Part shown: piece after piece, positions 7,994 through 16,789 of the stretch
Layout: each line of letters opens with the position of its first letter
Numbering within the stretch: position 1 is the stretch's first letter
Origin: a virus
Taxonomy: Duplodnaviria > Caudoviricetes
DNA length: 39,029 nucleotides
Reading direction: 5' to 3' (one strand)
Virus record (IMG/VR): IMGVR_UViG_3300042997_001377
Coordinates: 1-39,029 of that record
Program-made: the position numbers and the translations under genes
The notes under the pieces: model-generated
Told to the model about the DNA's origin: nothing
Databases searched by the model: none
The model's input: only the letters and a program-made list of their open reading frames with translations

Positions 7994-8660
7994 AGTAAAA
8001 GAATTTAAAGCACAAAGGGATTTGTTTAAAAATCCAGTATCTACTTTACTAGATGCAGAACGTGCTAAGTTAGAAATAACATCAGATAGAAAAGTAAAAG
8101 GATATGCTATTGTTTGGGGAAGCAAGAATGACTATAATGAGATTGTTCTTAAAGGCGCAACACTTAATAGTCTTAATGCAAGAGGTGTAGGAACTGCTGT
8201 TGGAAATCCTATATTAGTTTTAAACCAACACAGACAAACTGAACCTTTATGTAGACCAACAATATTGCAAGAAGATGATTATGGCTTATATTTTGAAGGT
8301 GATGTAATTGAAGGTGTGTCTTATGCAGATGATGTTGTTAATCAAGTAAATCAAGGTGTTTTAAGACAACTTTCTTATGGGTTTAACTATATATGGGATA
8401 AAACAGAATATGACGCTGTAAATGACGCTTATATTCTTAAAGAAATAAAATTAGGAGAAATATCTTTAGTAACATTTTCAAGTGATGAAAATGCGCAGTT
8501 AAGAAGTTTTAACCAATTACAAGAAAGAGCAGTTTTGGACAAATTTAGTACAGAACAAATAAACGACTTACATAATCTTTTAGCGACAAGAGCCGTGACG
8601 AACACTCAACAAGAGCCAAAAGTTATTGAGATAGACAAGAGTAAAGTAACATTATTTTAA
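7983..8660 (+). CDS. HK97-family prohead protease
   Basis: KGYAIVW, LNQH, EDDYGLYFEG, LSYGF, EISLVT. Confidence 0.92.
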   Translation: MENKVKEFKAQRDLFKNPVSTLLDAERAKLEITSDRKVKGYAIVWGSKNDYNEIVLKGATLNSLNARGVGTAVGNPILVLNQHRQTEPLCRPTILQEDDYGLYFEGDVIEGVSYADDVVNQVNQGVLRQLSYGFNYIWDKTEYDAVNDAYILKEIKLGEISLVTFSSDENAQLRSFNQLQERAVLDKFSTEQINDLHNLLATRAVTNTQQEPKVIEIDKSKVTLF

Positions 8661-8672
8661 AAAAAAACAGAA

Positions 8673-9944
8673 ATGGAAACATTAAATTTAAGAAATGCAC
8701 TAGAAAGAAATGGTGCAACTTTGGATGAAAACCAAATTAAGTTCGTTTCAGCTATTGAAAACGAAATGAACGAAAGAGCAAAAAAACAAGAAGAATTGTA
8801 TTCAACTTCTTTAACAGAAGCATTAAGAAGCGTTGTAGGCGCACAAGCTAAAAACGAAAAAGGTGAAACTGTTACAGTTGCAGAACAATTAAGAAGTTTG
8901 GCTGAAGGATTAGAGAAAGTTGAAAAAAACAACGTTAGAAATTTATCTAATGTAGAAAAATTCCAACTTCGTAAAATGGTAAAAGAGCAACACAAAGATA
9001 TTTGCGATGCTATTAGAAACGGTAACGACTTTGAAATTTCTTTCAATGCAAAACGTACTGCTGCTATGTTTACTGCTGCTACTGCTGTTAGTAATGCAGA
9101 AGGTGTTGATTTGCCTTTAAATGAAAATTACTTATTCGAAAGTGATGTTGCTAGAATTAGATACCCTGAGAATTTTATTCTTAATGTAATCTCTAACCAG
9201 CAAGTAGCTAAAGTTCCACAACAAATTATCAAAAACGAACAAGCTACTGAAGAAGGTGCTGTTGCAGTTGTTGATGAAGGTGGTACTAAACCATTAACTT
9301 CTGATACTTTTGTAAGAACACTTACATTAAGAAAAAAGTATGCTGCTCGTATTGAGTGGACTGAAGAATTTGAATTAGACAATGAAATGCTTTATAGTGA
9401 AGTATTGGCTTTATTTGAAGAAAAAGTAGTTAGAGCTTGGAACAACGGTCTTATTGACATTATCGTTGACAACGGAACTGCTTATACTACTTCTGTTATG
9501 GACGGTACACTTGTAATTCCTGACAATGGACTTGCTGTTATTGCTTGTCAATCTGTAATCAACGGAATGAACTTTAACGCTGATACTGTGCTTATGCACC
9601 CAAGCGATATTGTAACTACAATGTTTACACAAGATACGGAAGGTAATTCAAGACTATTGCCTTACATGCAAAATGGAGCTATCAACGGAATGAGAGTTGT
9701 TTCTTCTAATGCAATTACTCAAGGAACTGCTATTGTTATGGATAGTTCAGTTTATCGTGAGTGGCACTCAGACTTCATTTTAAGATTTGGTACTTACAAT
9801 GACCAATTTATCAAAAATGAGAAATCAGCGATTGGTGAAGTATTTTCTATATTGAGAATTGCTGTAAACAACTTGCCAGGTGTAATGGCTATTGATTTAG
9901 ACGCTGTTAAAGCATCTTTATTAATTTCAGAACCATCTGTATAA
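8673..9944 (+). CDS. Major capsid protein (HK97 fold)
   Basis: Coiled-coil delta domain, VDEGGTKP, LMHPSD, GMRVVSSNAI; gene position. Confidence 0.92.
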   Translation: METLNLRNALERNGATLDENQIKFVSAIENEMNERAKKQEELYSTSLTEALRSVVGAQAKNEKGETVTVAEQLRSLAEGLEKVEKNNVRNLSNVEKFQLRKMVKEQHKDICDAIRNGNDFEISFNAKRTAAMFTAATAVSNAEGVDLPLNENYLFESDVARIRYPENFILNVISNQQVAKVPQQIIKNEQATEEGAVAVVDEGGTKPLTSDTFVRTLTLRKKYAARIEWTEEFELDNEMLYSEVLALFEEKVVRAWNNGLIDIIVDNGTAYTTSVMDGTLVIPDNGLAVIACQSVINGMNFNADTVLMHPSDIVTTMFTQDTEGNSRLLPYMQNGAINGMRVVSSNAITQGTAIVMDSSVYREWHSDFILRFGTYNDQFIKNEKSAIGEVFSILRIAVNNLPGVMAIDLDAVKASLLISEPSV

Positions 9945-9969
9945 CAAGTAACTTTTAAAAACTATAAAT

Positions 9970-10200
9970 ATGGGAAATTTCAGTATTGCAGAAAAAGGTA
10001 GAAATGTTGTAGGAACAGCTACTTTTACTAAATCAAGTGATTACAAAGCTGTAACACTTTTGGGTGAAAATCCAAAAACAGTTTTGTTGCACAAATTACA
10101 AGCGGACAAGTTAATTGCTTTAAAAAGAGCAAAACATGAGCCAAATGTTAAGGTAAAAGAAACTACTCCACATGTTACTGTAACACCTCTTAATAAATAG
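9970..10200 (+). CDS. Hypothetical head-associated protein
   Basis: ORF directly after the major capsid gene. Confidence 0.7.
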   Translation: MGNFSIAEKGRNVVGTATFTKSSDYKAVTLLGENPKTVLLHKLQADKLIALKRAKHEPNVKVKETTPHVTVTPLNK

Positions 10201-10204
10201 TATA

Positions 10205-10840
10205 ATGATAATAAATGCTCAATACTTTCAAACAAAGGAATTATACATTCCTAATTCAGTTGCACAACCGAGCATCGGGAGTGTATCACCGTCTGCTAGT
10301 ACGCAGTTAAACGAGGAAATTGAAAGTATTGAGCAATCATTGTTACTTGATATATTAGGTTATGAGCAATTAGAAGAGTTAAACGCACAATTTCAAGAAG
10401 ATGGCGAATGGGTTGAAGATCCTATTCAAAAGTGGGTTGATTTAGTTGATGGCAAAGACGATTGGAAAGGATTAAGATATACGATAGGAACAAAGAAAAT
10501 AAGTTTAATAGCTTATTATGTTTACTTCTATTACTTAGGAATGGACTTTCAGACTTATTCTACTACTGGTATGCAAATACCAATGGCAGAAAATTCAAAA
10601 ACTAATGATCCAAGCGTAAAGCAAGTATCAGTTTGGAATAAATTTGTGCGAATGTATGTTGGTAGAGGAATGTATGATAATGGCGATATTTCAAGTAATT
10701 GGAATGGTAGCTATATTAGTTTTGGCGATACAATGATAGGTAATGAGGTTACTTTGTATAAATTCTTAACTAATAACAGAGATGTTTATGATGTTACGTT
10801 TTTTACAAACAAAACGCCTTTAAATTACTTTGGAATATGA
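10205..10840 (+). CDS. Putative head-tail adaptor
   Basis: Position; LLLDILG..LY/Q-type motif and IAYYVY seen in Bacteroidota phage adaptors. Confidence 0.6.
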   Translation: MIINAQYFQTKELYIPNSVAQPSIGSVSPSASTQLNEEIESIEQSLLLDILGYEQLEELNAQFQEDGEWVEDPIQKWVDLVDGKDDWKGLRYTIGTKKISLIAYYVYFYYLGMDFQTYSTTGMQIPMAENSKTNDPSVKQVSVWNKFVRMYVGRGMYDNGDISSNWNGSYISFGDTMIGNEVTLYKFLTNNRDVYDVTFFTNKTPLNYFGI

Positions 10841-11310
10841 TAGTTGTAGAGAAGTTTTTAAACACTTTATTTGCTGATTTGCCTTTGATAGATGGTTTTG
10901 AAACTATTTACAAATGGGGGAACAAACAGCATTTACTTAAACAACTTGAATTATATTCAAAAGAAGCTAAAACAATATATCCTTTAATATACCAAACATC
11001 AAACTCAAGTACTCAAGGCAAAGGGGAATGTGAAACACAATTAAGTTTCGTATTAGCTTGTCAGAATTTAAATGTCGATTTGACAAATGAGCAAAGATGG
11101 GCAATGAGTTACGAAAATGTTTTATATCCTTTAGTTGAGAATATTGAAAACATATTTAGAAGTAGTGGTAGCGTAACATGGGATAATAGTTATAAAATAA
11201 GCGAATTTCCAAATTATGGAAATGGTGAAGAAAATTTTACTATTGACAAATGGGATGCTATCCTTTTAGAAACAAAAATAAAAATAACAAACGTACAAAC
11301 GTGTAATTAA
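10837..11310 (+). CDS. Putative tail terminator/completion protein
   Basis: Position before the tail tube gene; YPLI motif. Confidence 0.55.
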   Translation: MIVVEKFLNTLFADLPLIDGFETIYKWGNKQHLLKQLELYSKEAKTIYPLIYQTSNSSTQGKGECETQLSFVLACQNLNVDLTNEQRWAMSYENVLYPLVENIENIFRSSGSVTWDNSYKISEFPNYGNGEENFTIDKWDAILLETKIKITNVQTCN

Positions 11311-11325
11311 AAAAAATAATAAATT

Positions 11326-12249
11326 ATGGCAATTATAACAGGTGTAGATTGCACCACAAGTAGATACGGTAGCGGACTAGAAGCATGTCAAGCTATTGAA
11401 GGATTACCAAATGGAGTAATCTTAGTTCCAAAAGGATGGTCGTTGTTAAAAGCAACAGATACTTTTAACAAAGCGTATGTTCAAGCACAGTGTCAATTAG
11501 GGAATTTTATTCCTTTAGTTGGTTGTTTTGAAATGGTATCAGAAACTCCTGACGCTACAACACAAGAAAGTCAATCAGGACTTTTAGAAGTTGTAAGACA
11601 AGGTAAAACAAACTTTACTGCAACTTACAAAAATGGTTTAGCTTTCCAAAAGATAGCTTACTCTTACAACTCGTATCAACAATACGACACATTGATTACT
11701 TACGAAACTGGGTATATTAAATGTGCTGAAAGTGCTGATGGATTAAGCATTAAAGGTTTATCAACAGGTATGTTAAATACTAACGGATATACTGAAAACA
11801 ATGGTACAAATTCAGCTTCAACAATATTAAAATTCCAAATTGTTGATCCATTAGAGTACAACTTATATGTAAATCTTTTAACTGATTTGGATTTTAATCC
11901 AGGTACAGAGATTTTTGGTATTACAGATGTAAACATTTCAGGTCGTGCTGATGCTTCTGAAAACAAAGTTTACATTAAACCAACTTGGAAATGGAACGAT
12001 TTGTTTACTATTACAGGATTAGCTGCTGCTAACTTAAAACTTTATGTTGAAGGAAGTGCAAATGCTATTGTAGGTGCTATTGTTTACAATGCTACTACTA
12101 AAGAATACGCAATTACTCCAACAGCTACTTTGACTGCTGGTGATGAGGTTGTTGTTGCTTTATACGATAGTGTTGCAGGTGTAGCTTGTGCTAAAGTAGG
12201 TAACAAGTTATATGCAGGTACAACTCCAACGGTTGTAACAGTAGCATAA
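11326..12249 (+). CDS. Putative major tail (tube) protein with C-terminal beta/Ig-like extension
   Basis: Size, Thr/Ala/Gly-rich composition, followed by a terminator. Confidence 0.7.
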   Translation: MAIITGVDCTTSRYGSGLEACQAIEGLPNGVILVPKGWSLLKATDTFNKAYVQAQCQLGNFIPLVGCFEMVSETPDATTQESQSGLLEVVRQGKTNFTATYKNGLAFQKIAYSYNSYQQYDTLITYETGYIKCAESADGLSIKGLSTGMLNTNGYTENNGTNSASTILKFQIVDPLEYNLYVNLLTDLDFNPGTEIFGITDVNISGRADASENKVYIKPTWKWNDLFTITGLAAANLKLYVEGSANAIVGAIVYNATTKEYAITPTATLTAGDEVVVALYDSVAGVACAKVGNKLYAGTTPTVVTVA

Positions 12250-12266
12250 CTTTAAAATGTTTAATT

Positions 12267-12302
12267 AAAAGAGGTGTGCGTTAATTTGCGCACCTTTTTT
12301 TT
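12267..12302 (+). terminator. Intrinsic terminator after the major tail gene
   Basis: AAAAGAGGTGTGCG-TTAATT-TGCGCACCTTTTTTT. Confidence 0.8.
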
Positions 12303-12326
12303 ATATCTTTGAATAAAATATATATT

Positions 12327-12641
12327 ATGATACAAATATTTAACGTACAATTATTTGGAAGTGATGCAGATTGGTTTTGTAATTTGAGTATTACAGAACA
12401 AGTTGATTGGATAAGAAGCAATACAAATCAATTAGATGATACTTTAATTAACGAGTTTTTGTCTAATGCAGTACATAACAGACAAGATTATTGTTTTACT
12501 TGTCGAGGAAATAAACAAAAAATATCAATAGCTAAAATAGCAGAAAATGGGAATATCAGCGAAGGAAATGAGCAAGAGGTTACAGCCATTGTTGAACCTA
12601 CAACATCTAAAAAATCTCGTAAACATAGAAATAATAAATGA
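12327..12641 (+). CDS. Hypothetical tail-region protein
   Basis: ATG at 12327 follows TATCTTTG (12304-12311); overlaps the next ORF by 95 nt. Confidence 0.6.
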   Translation: MIQIFNVQLFGSDADWFCNLSITEQVDWIRSNTNQLDDTLINEFLSNAVHNRQDYCFTCRGNKQKISIAKIAENGNISEGNEQEVTAIVEPTTSKKSRKHRNNK

Positions 12642-13026
12642 TGAGGATAAATTAGTTGATATTAAAAAACAAGAATACTTGGTTGGTAATATATTTAGTA
12701 ATGGTAAAAAAGCAAAATATTCTAAAAAATCAAGAGTTGTAGAAGGTGGTAGTGAATTGTATAGGGATTTTAAAAATAAATTAAATCCTTTACCTGGATT
12801 AGGTAATGTAGATTTAATTTTAAATGGTTCTTTTATAAATAGTTTTTTTCTAGAAGAAAAAGGAAAAGGATATATTTTTGGAGCAACTGATTCAAAAGCT
12901 GATGATTTATTAGGTAGATATGGAGAAGATATATTTAATTTAAACCAAAAAGCATTTAATGATTTTTTAATTAAATATGTTAAAGACGATTTTACAAATG
13001 TTTTAAAGAAACAATTAGGACAATAA
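12547..13026 (+). CDS. Putative neck/tail morphogenesis protein
   Basis: VDLILNGSF motif resembles virion morphogenesis (L..TG.L/F) proteins. Confidence 0.55.
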   Translation: MGISAKEMSKRLQPLLNLQHLKNLVNIEIINDEDKLVDIKKQEYLVGNIFSNGKKAKYSKKSRVVEGGSELYRDFKNKLNPLPGLGNVDLILNGSFINSFFLEEKGKGYIFGATDSKADDLLGRYGEDIFNLNQKAFNDFLIKYVKDDFTNVLKKQLGQ

Positions 13027-13617
13027 ATGGCAAAGTATAACTCAATAGAAAATATAGCCGCAAAACTGTTCTTTGAAGTTTTAAGCAGTAAAGATTATAC
13101 TTTATTACAAGCGGATAATGAAGATGAAGATTTAGAACAAGTATTTATTGCTATTTACGATGACTTTTTTGTTAAATCAGATAATCCCGAAGCAAAAAGA
13201 TATTTGAATTTAACAACTAATATAGCTTTTTTAGAATATAAATTAGCAACTATAAAACAAGTAATGGAATTTGCTTATTTTGCTCAATTAACAAAAGAAA
13301 TGCGAGATAAGTTATTAAAAGCATTAGAAGTTGGTTGTGGAATATATATTGACAAAGAAGCAGATTTTACAGAAGAAGTAAAAAGAGTAATGCAAGTTGA
13401 AACAGGTATTATTGAGAATGATTTGACTATGGAAAAGTTAGATTTAGATTTAATGGTAAAAAATAGTTCTCAAAAAGCATTTGATTTTTACGATAATATT
13501 GTTTCTTTAAGTAATGTTCATGAAAGAAATATAGACGAAACAATTACATTAGCTATGTATATAGCTTTAGATAAAAGTGCAAAACAAAAAATAAAAAAAC
13601 AGAACAATGGCAAATGA
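13027..13617 (+). CDS. Hypothetical protein, possible tail assembly chaperone
   Basis: Immediately upstream of the tape measure gene. Confidence 0.55.
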   Translation: MAKYNSIENIAAKLFFEVLSSKDYTLLQADNEDEDLEQVFIAIYDDFFVKSDNPEAKRYLNLTTNIAFLEYKLATIKQVMEFAYFAQLTKEMRDKLLKALEVGCGIYIDKEADFTEEVKRVMQVETGIIENDLTMEKLDLDLMVKNSSQKAFDFYDNIVSLSNVHERNIDETITLAMYIALDKSAKQKIKKQNNGK

Positions 13618-16600
13618 TGGTTTTATAGAGTTTTTAAGTCCTAATGCATTATCGGAATTAAAACAAGCTGAAACTTTAGTTAATAGTTTGGCAAATAGCA
13701 TTGAAAAAATAAATAAATTTAAAGCACCAACTTCTCCAAGTGGAGCTGATAATGCTATAAAGCAACAAATAGCAGATTTAAAATTGCAAGAACAGGCTAT
13801 TAAAAATACTACTACTGCTTTAATTCAAGAAGAAAAAGTAAAGCAACAAGTTATTGCTACTGAAATAAAACAATCTAACGCTATAAAAGCCAATATAGCA
13901 GCAAGAGAAGCAGAAAGAAAAGCTACTTTAGCACAACAACAAGCACAAGAAAAAGCCGCTAAAGCAGCAGAACGTGAAGCATTAGCGAATGAAAAGTTAA
14001 ACTCTGCTTATAATCAATTAAATGCTGCAAGAGCAAGAGCAAAAAATGTTTTAAGAGATTTAATAGCAAGTGAAACTGCATCAAATGCTGAAATAAGAAA
14101 AGCACAAAGAGAATTTGACATATTAGACCAAAAAGTTAGAAAAGCTGATAAAGCAGTAGGTGATTTCTCAAAAAGTGTTGGAAATTACAAAGGAGCATTA
14201 TCAGGAATAGGAAATTTAATGGGTGCTTTTGGTATATCAACTGGACTTTATTTAGCTGCTGATTTAGTTAAAAATATATTTGAAACCACAAAGCAATTAC
14301 AGTCAATGGATTTGGCTTTAAAAATGGTTAGTGGAAGTCAATCTGAATTTGCTAATAATCAACTTTTTTTAACAAATTTAGCTGAACAATACGGTATAGA
14401 GATAAAAGGACTTACAAAAAACTTTACTGAATTTTGGGTTGCATCTAAAGGGAAACTTGAAGCAGAACAAATAAAAGCAATATTTACAAGCATTTCTAAA
14501 TCTGTTGCTGTAATGGGATTATCTATTGAGCAACAAGATAGTGCTTTTCTTGCGTTGCAACAAATGATGAGTAAGGGTACTGTTCAAGCGGAAGAATTGA
14601 AAAAACAATTAGGTAACGCATTACCTGGTGCTGTTAAAGCTGCTACAATGGCTTATCAAGCATTACACCCTGAATTAAAAGTAACTGAAAAGTTATTTAT
14701 GGAACAAATGAAAGCGGGTAAAATTTTATCTGCTGAATTGTTACCTGAATTAGCTAAAGCATACGAAAAACTTTATGGTATTGAAAATGTAAATAGAGCT
14801 GAAACATTAATTGCAGCTCAAAATAGATTACAAAATACTTGGACTAATTTAATCCGTTCAATTAATGAAAGTAATTCGGGAGCTTTAACAAGTTTTTTTA
14901 CTACTGCAACACAAGCAGCTACTGGTTTTTTAATGATTTTAACTAGAATTAATGATAGTTGGGATAATATCTATAAAAAAGCAGAGGAAAAAGGTTTATT
15001 TGATGCTAATTCAACTTTTACTAACTTAATGGGTAATAAACAAGGAGATGAAGCATTTAAACAAGCTGAACAAAATATTAGAATTGCCAAAAGCGCAATT
15101 AAATCAACAGTAGAAGAATTAGATGCTTTAAAAACACAATTAAGTCAAACAAATCCATATTTACTAAATTTTGGAGAAAGTCCTAAAAGTATTAAATTAA
15201 AAATTGAAGCATTAAAACAACAAAAAGCAGAATATGTTGGCTTATATAATTTAAGCAAACAATTTTTAGCAAATAAAGATAAACCTTCAATAACAGCTCA
15301 AACAGAAGAAGAAAGTAAAGCAGAAAAAAAAGCAAGATTAGATGCCGCTAAATTTGCAGAAGAACAAAGGAAACAACAATACGATTTAGACGTTTCTAAT
15401 ATTAAAAGAGAAATAGAAAGAGCTAAGGATAAGTTTAATATAGTAGAAGAATTAAATAAAAATGAATTAGGTTATTTTGAAAATGGTATTGCTAAAAAAA
15501 TGAAATTATCAATGGATTTAGCAGTACTTGAGTTAAAATTAGCTCAAAAAGTTGCTGATGAAAAGATAAGATTAGCTAAAGGAAATAAATCACTAGGTAT
15601 TCCACCTAGTATTGGTGGTGATGTAATTGCTCAAAATGAATATGCAACAGAATCAGTCAATATTGCTGAAAATTTCACAAATAGAATGGATAAAATCAAT
15701 AAAGATTATTTCAAGTCTATGGAAGATTCAGTCCCTAAAGATTGGAGTTCAAAAACTCCTACAATGTGGACACCTGAACAAATAAAACAAGCTGAAGAAG
15801 ATGCTAGAAAAATAGCTGAAATACAAAAAAGATTACAAGACGAATTTAGAAATTACATTCAAAGTTTCGGTCAAGAGTTTTTTAGTAATGCTGGTTTTGG
15901 AGAAACATTTGATTTTTTTGCAAGAATGGATCAAGATGGAAAAACTATGTTTGACAAACTTGGAGAATTAGCAGATGGTTCTGTTGAAAAATTTGCTGCT
16001 ACATTTCAAGCAATATCAGAAAGCGCACAAGAAGCATTTAATTTTATATCAGAAGCATCACAAAAGAATTTTGATGCGGAATACGAAAGACTTGAACAAC
16101 AAAAAGAAGTAGCTTTAATGTTTGCTGGAGATAGTGCATCAGCAAGAGCAGAAATAGAAGAACAATACGAACAAAGACGAAAAGAAATAGCAAGACGTGA
16201 AGCTAAAGCAAGAAAACAACAAGCTATTTTTAATATTGCTATTGATACAGCACAAGCAATAGTAGCTGCGGTAGCTAAATCTCCTTTAACTGGTGGTTTG
16301 CCTTTTAGTGCAATAGCTGCTGCTATTGGCGCAGCTCAAATAGCTATGGTTTCATCACAACAGATTCCACAATATTGGAAAGGTACAGATAATGCAGAAG
16401 GCGGATTAGCATGGACACAAGAAAAAGGTCGTGAGATTATTACAGATAGTCAAGGTAGAGTTAAATCATTAGGTAGCGATAAAGGAGCTGAGCTTACAAT
16501 GCTTTCTAAAGGAGATAAAGTATTTACTGCTGAAAAGTCTGCTATGATGTTTGATAATAGTTTAAATAGTATGCTTTTAAACAATGGTATAGTTATGCCT

Positions 16601-16789
16601 AAAGTAGAAGTTTCAATGGACACTCAAATATTAGGAAGTAAGTTAGATAAACTATCAGATACAATAGCATCAAAAGAAAGTTTCTCAATAGTTAGAGATG
16701 CTAAAGGCGAAAGAATATATCAACGTAAACAAAACGAACGTAAAGAATTATTAAATAACATTTTAAATGTAAAAACTTATGGGGTTTAA
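13607..16789 (+). CDS. Tail tape measure protein
   Basis: 1060 aa, helical and Ala/Lys/Glu-rich; QMMSKGTVQAEELKKQLG tape-measure motif. Confidence 0.92.
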   Translation: MANDGFIEFLSPNALSELKQAETLVNSLANSIEKINKFKAPTSPSGADNAIKQQIADLKLQEQAIKNTTTALIQEEKVKQQVIATEIKQSNAIKANIAAREAERKATLAQQQAQEKAAKAAEREALANEKLNSAYNQLNAARARAKNVLRDLIASETASNAEIRKAQREFDILDQKVRKADKAVGDFSKSVGNYKGALSGIGNLMGAFGISTGLYLAADLVKNIFETTKQLQSMDLALKMVSGSQSEFANNQLFLTNLAEQYGIEIKGLTKNFTEFWVASKGKLEAEQIKAIFTSISKSVAVMGLSIEQQDSAFLALQQMMSKGTVQAEELKKQLGNALPGAVKAATMAYQALHPELKVTEKLFMEQMKAGKILSAELLPELAKAYEKLYGIENVNRAETLIAAQNRLQNTWTNLIRSINESNSGALTSFFTTATQAATGFLMILTRINDSWDNIYKKAEEKGLFDANSTFTNLMGNKQGDEAFKQAEQNIRIAKSAIKSTVEELDALKTQLSQTNPYLLNFGESPKSIKLKIEALKQQKAEYVGLYNLSKQFLANKDKPSITAQTEEESKAEKKARLDAAKFAEEQRKQQYDLDVSNIKREIERAKDKFNIVEELNKNELGYFENGIAKKMKLSMDLAVLELKLAQKVADEKIRLAKGNKSLGIPPSIGGDVIAQNEYATESVNIAENFTNRMDKINKDYFKSMEDSVPKDWSSKTPTMWTPEQIKQAEEDARKIAEIQKRLQDEFRNYIQSFGQEFFSNAGFGETFDFFARMDQDGKTMFDKLGELADGSVEKFAATFQAISESAQEAFNFISEASQKNFDAEYERLEQQKEVALMFAGDSASARAEIEEQYEQRRKEIARREAKARKQQAIFNIAIDTAQAIVAAVAKSPLTGGLPFSAIAAAIGAAQIAMVSSQQIPQYWKGTDNAEGGLAWTQEKGREIITDSQGRVKSLGSDKGAELTMLSKGDKVFTAEKSAMMFDNSLNSMLLNNGIVMPKVEVSMDTQILGSKLDKLSDTIASKESFSIVRDAKGERIYQRKQNERKELLNNILNVKTYGV

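Noticed and set aside
3175-11966. Antisense ORFs in the track (e.g. 3175-3414, 3300-3584, 8657-9046, 9128-9382, 11700-11966)
   Set aside because: They are shadows of well-supported genes on the opposite strand.
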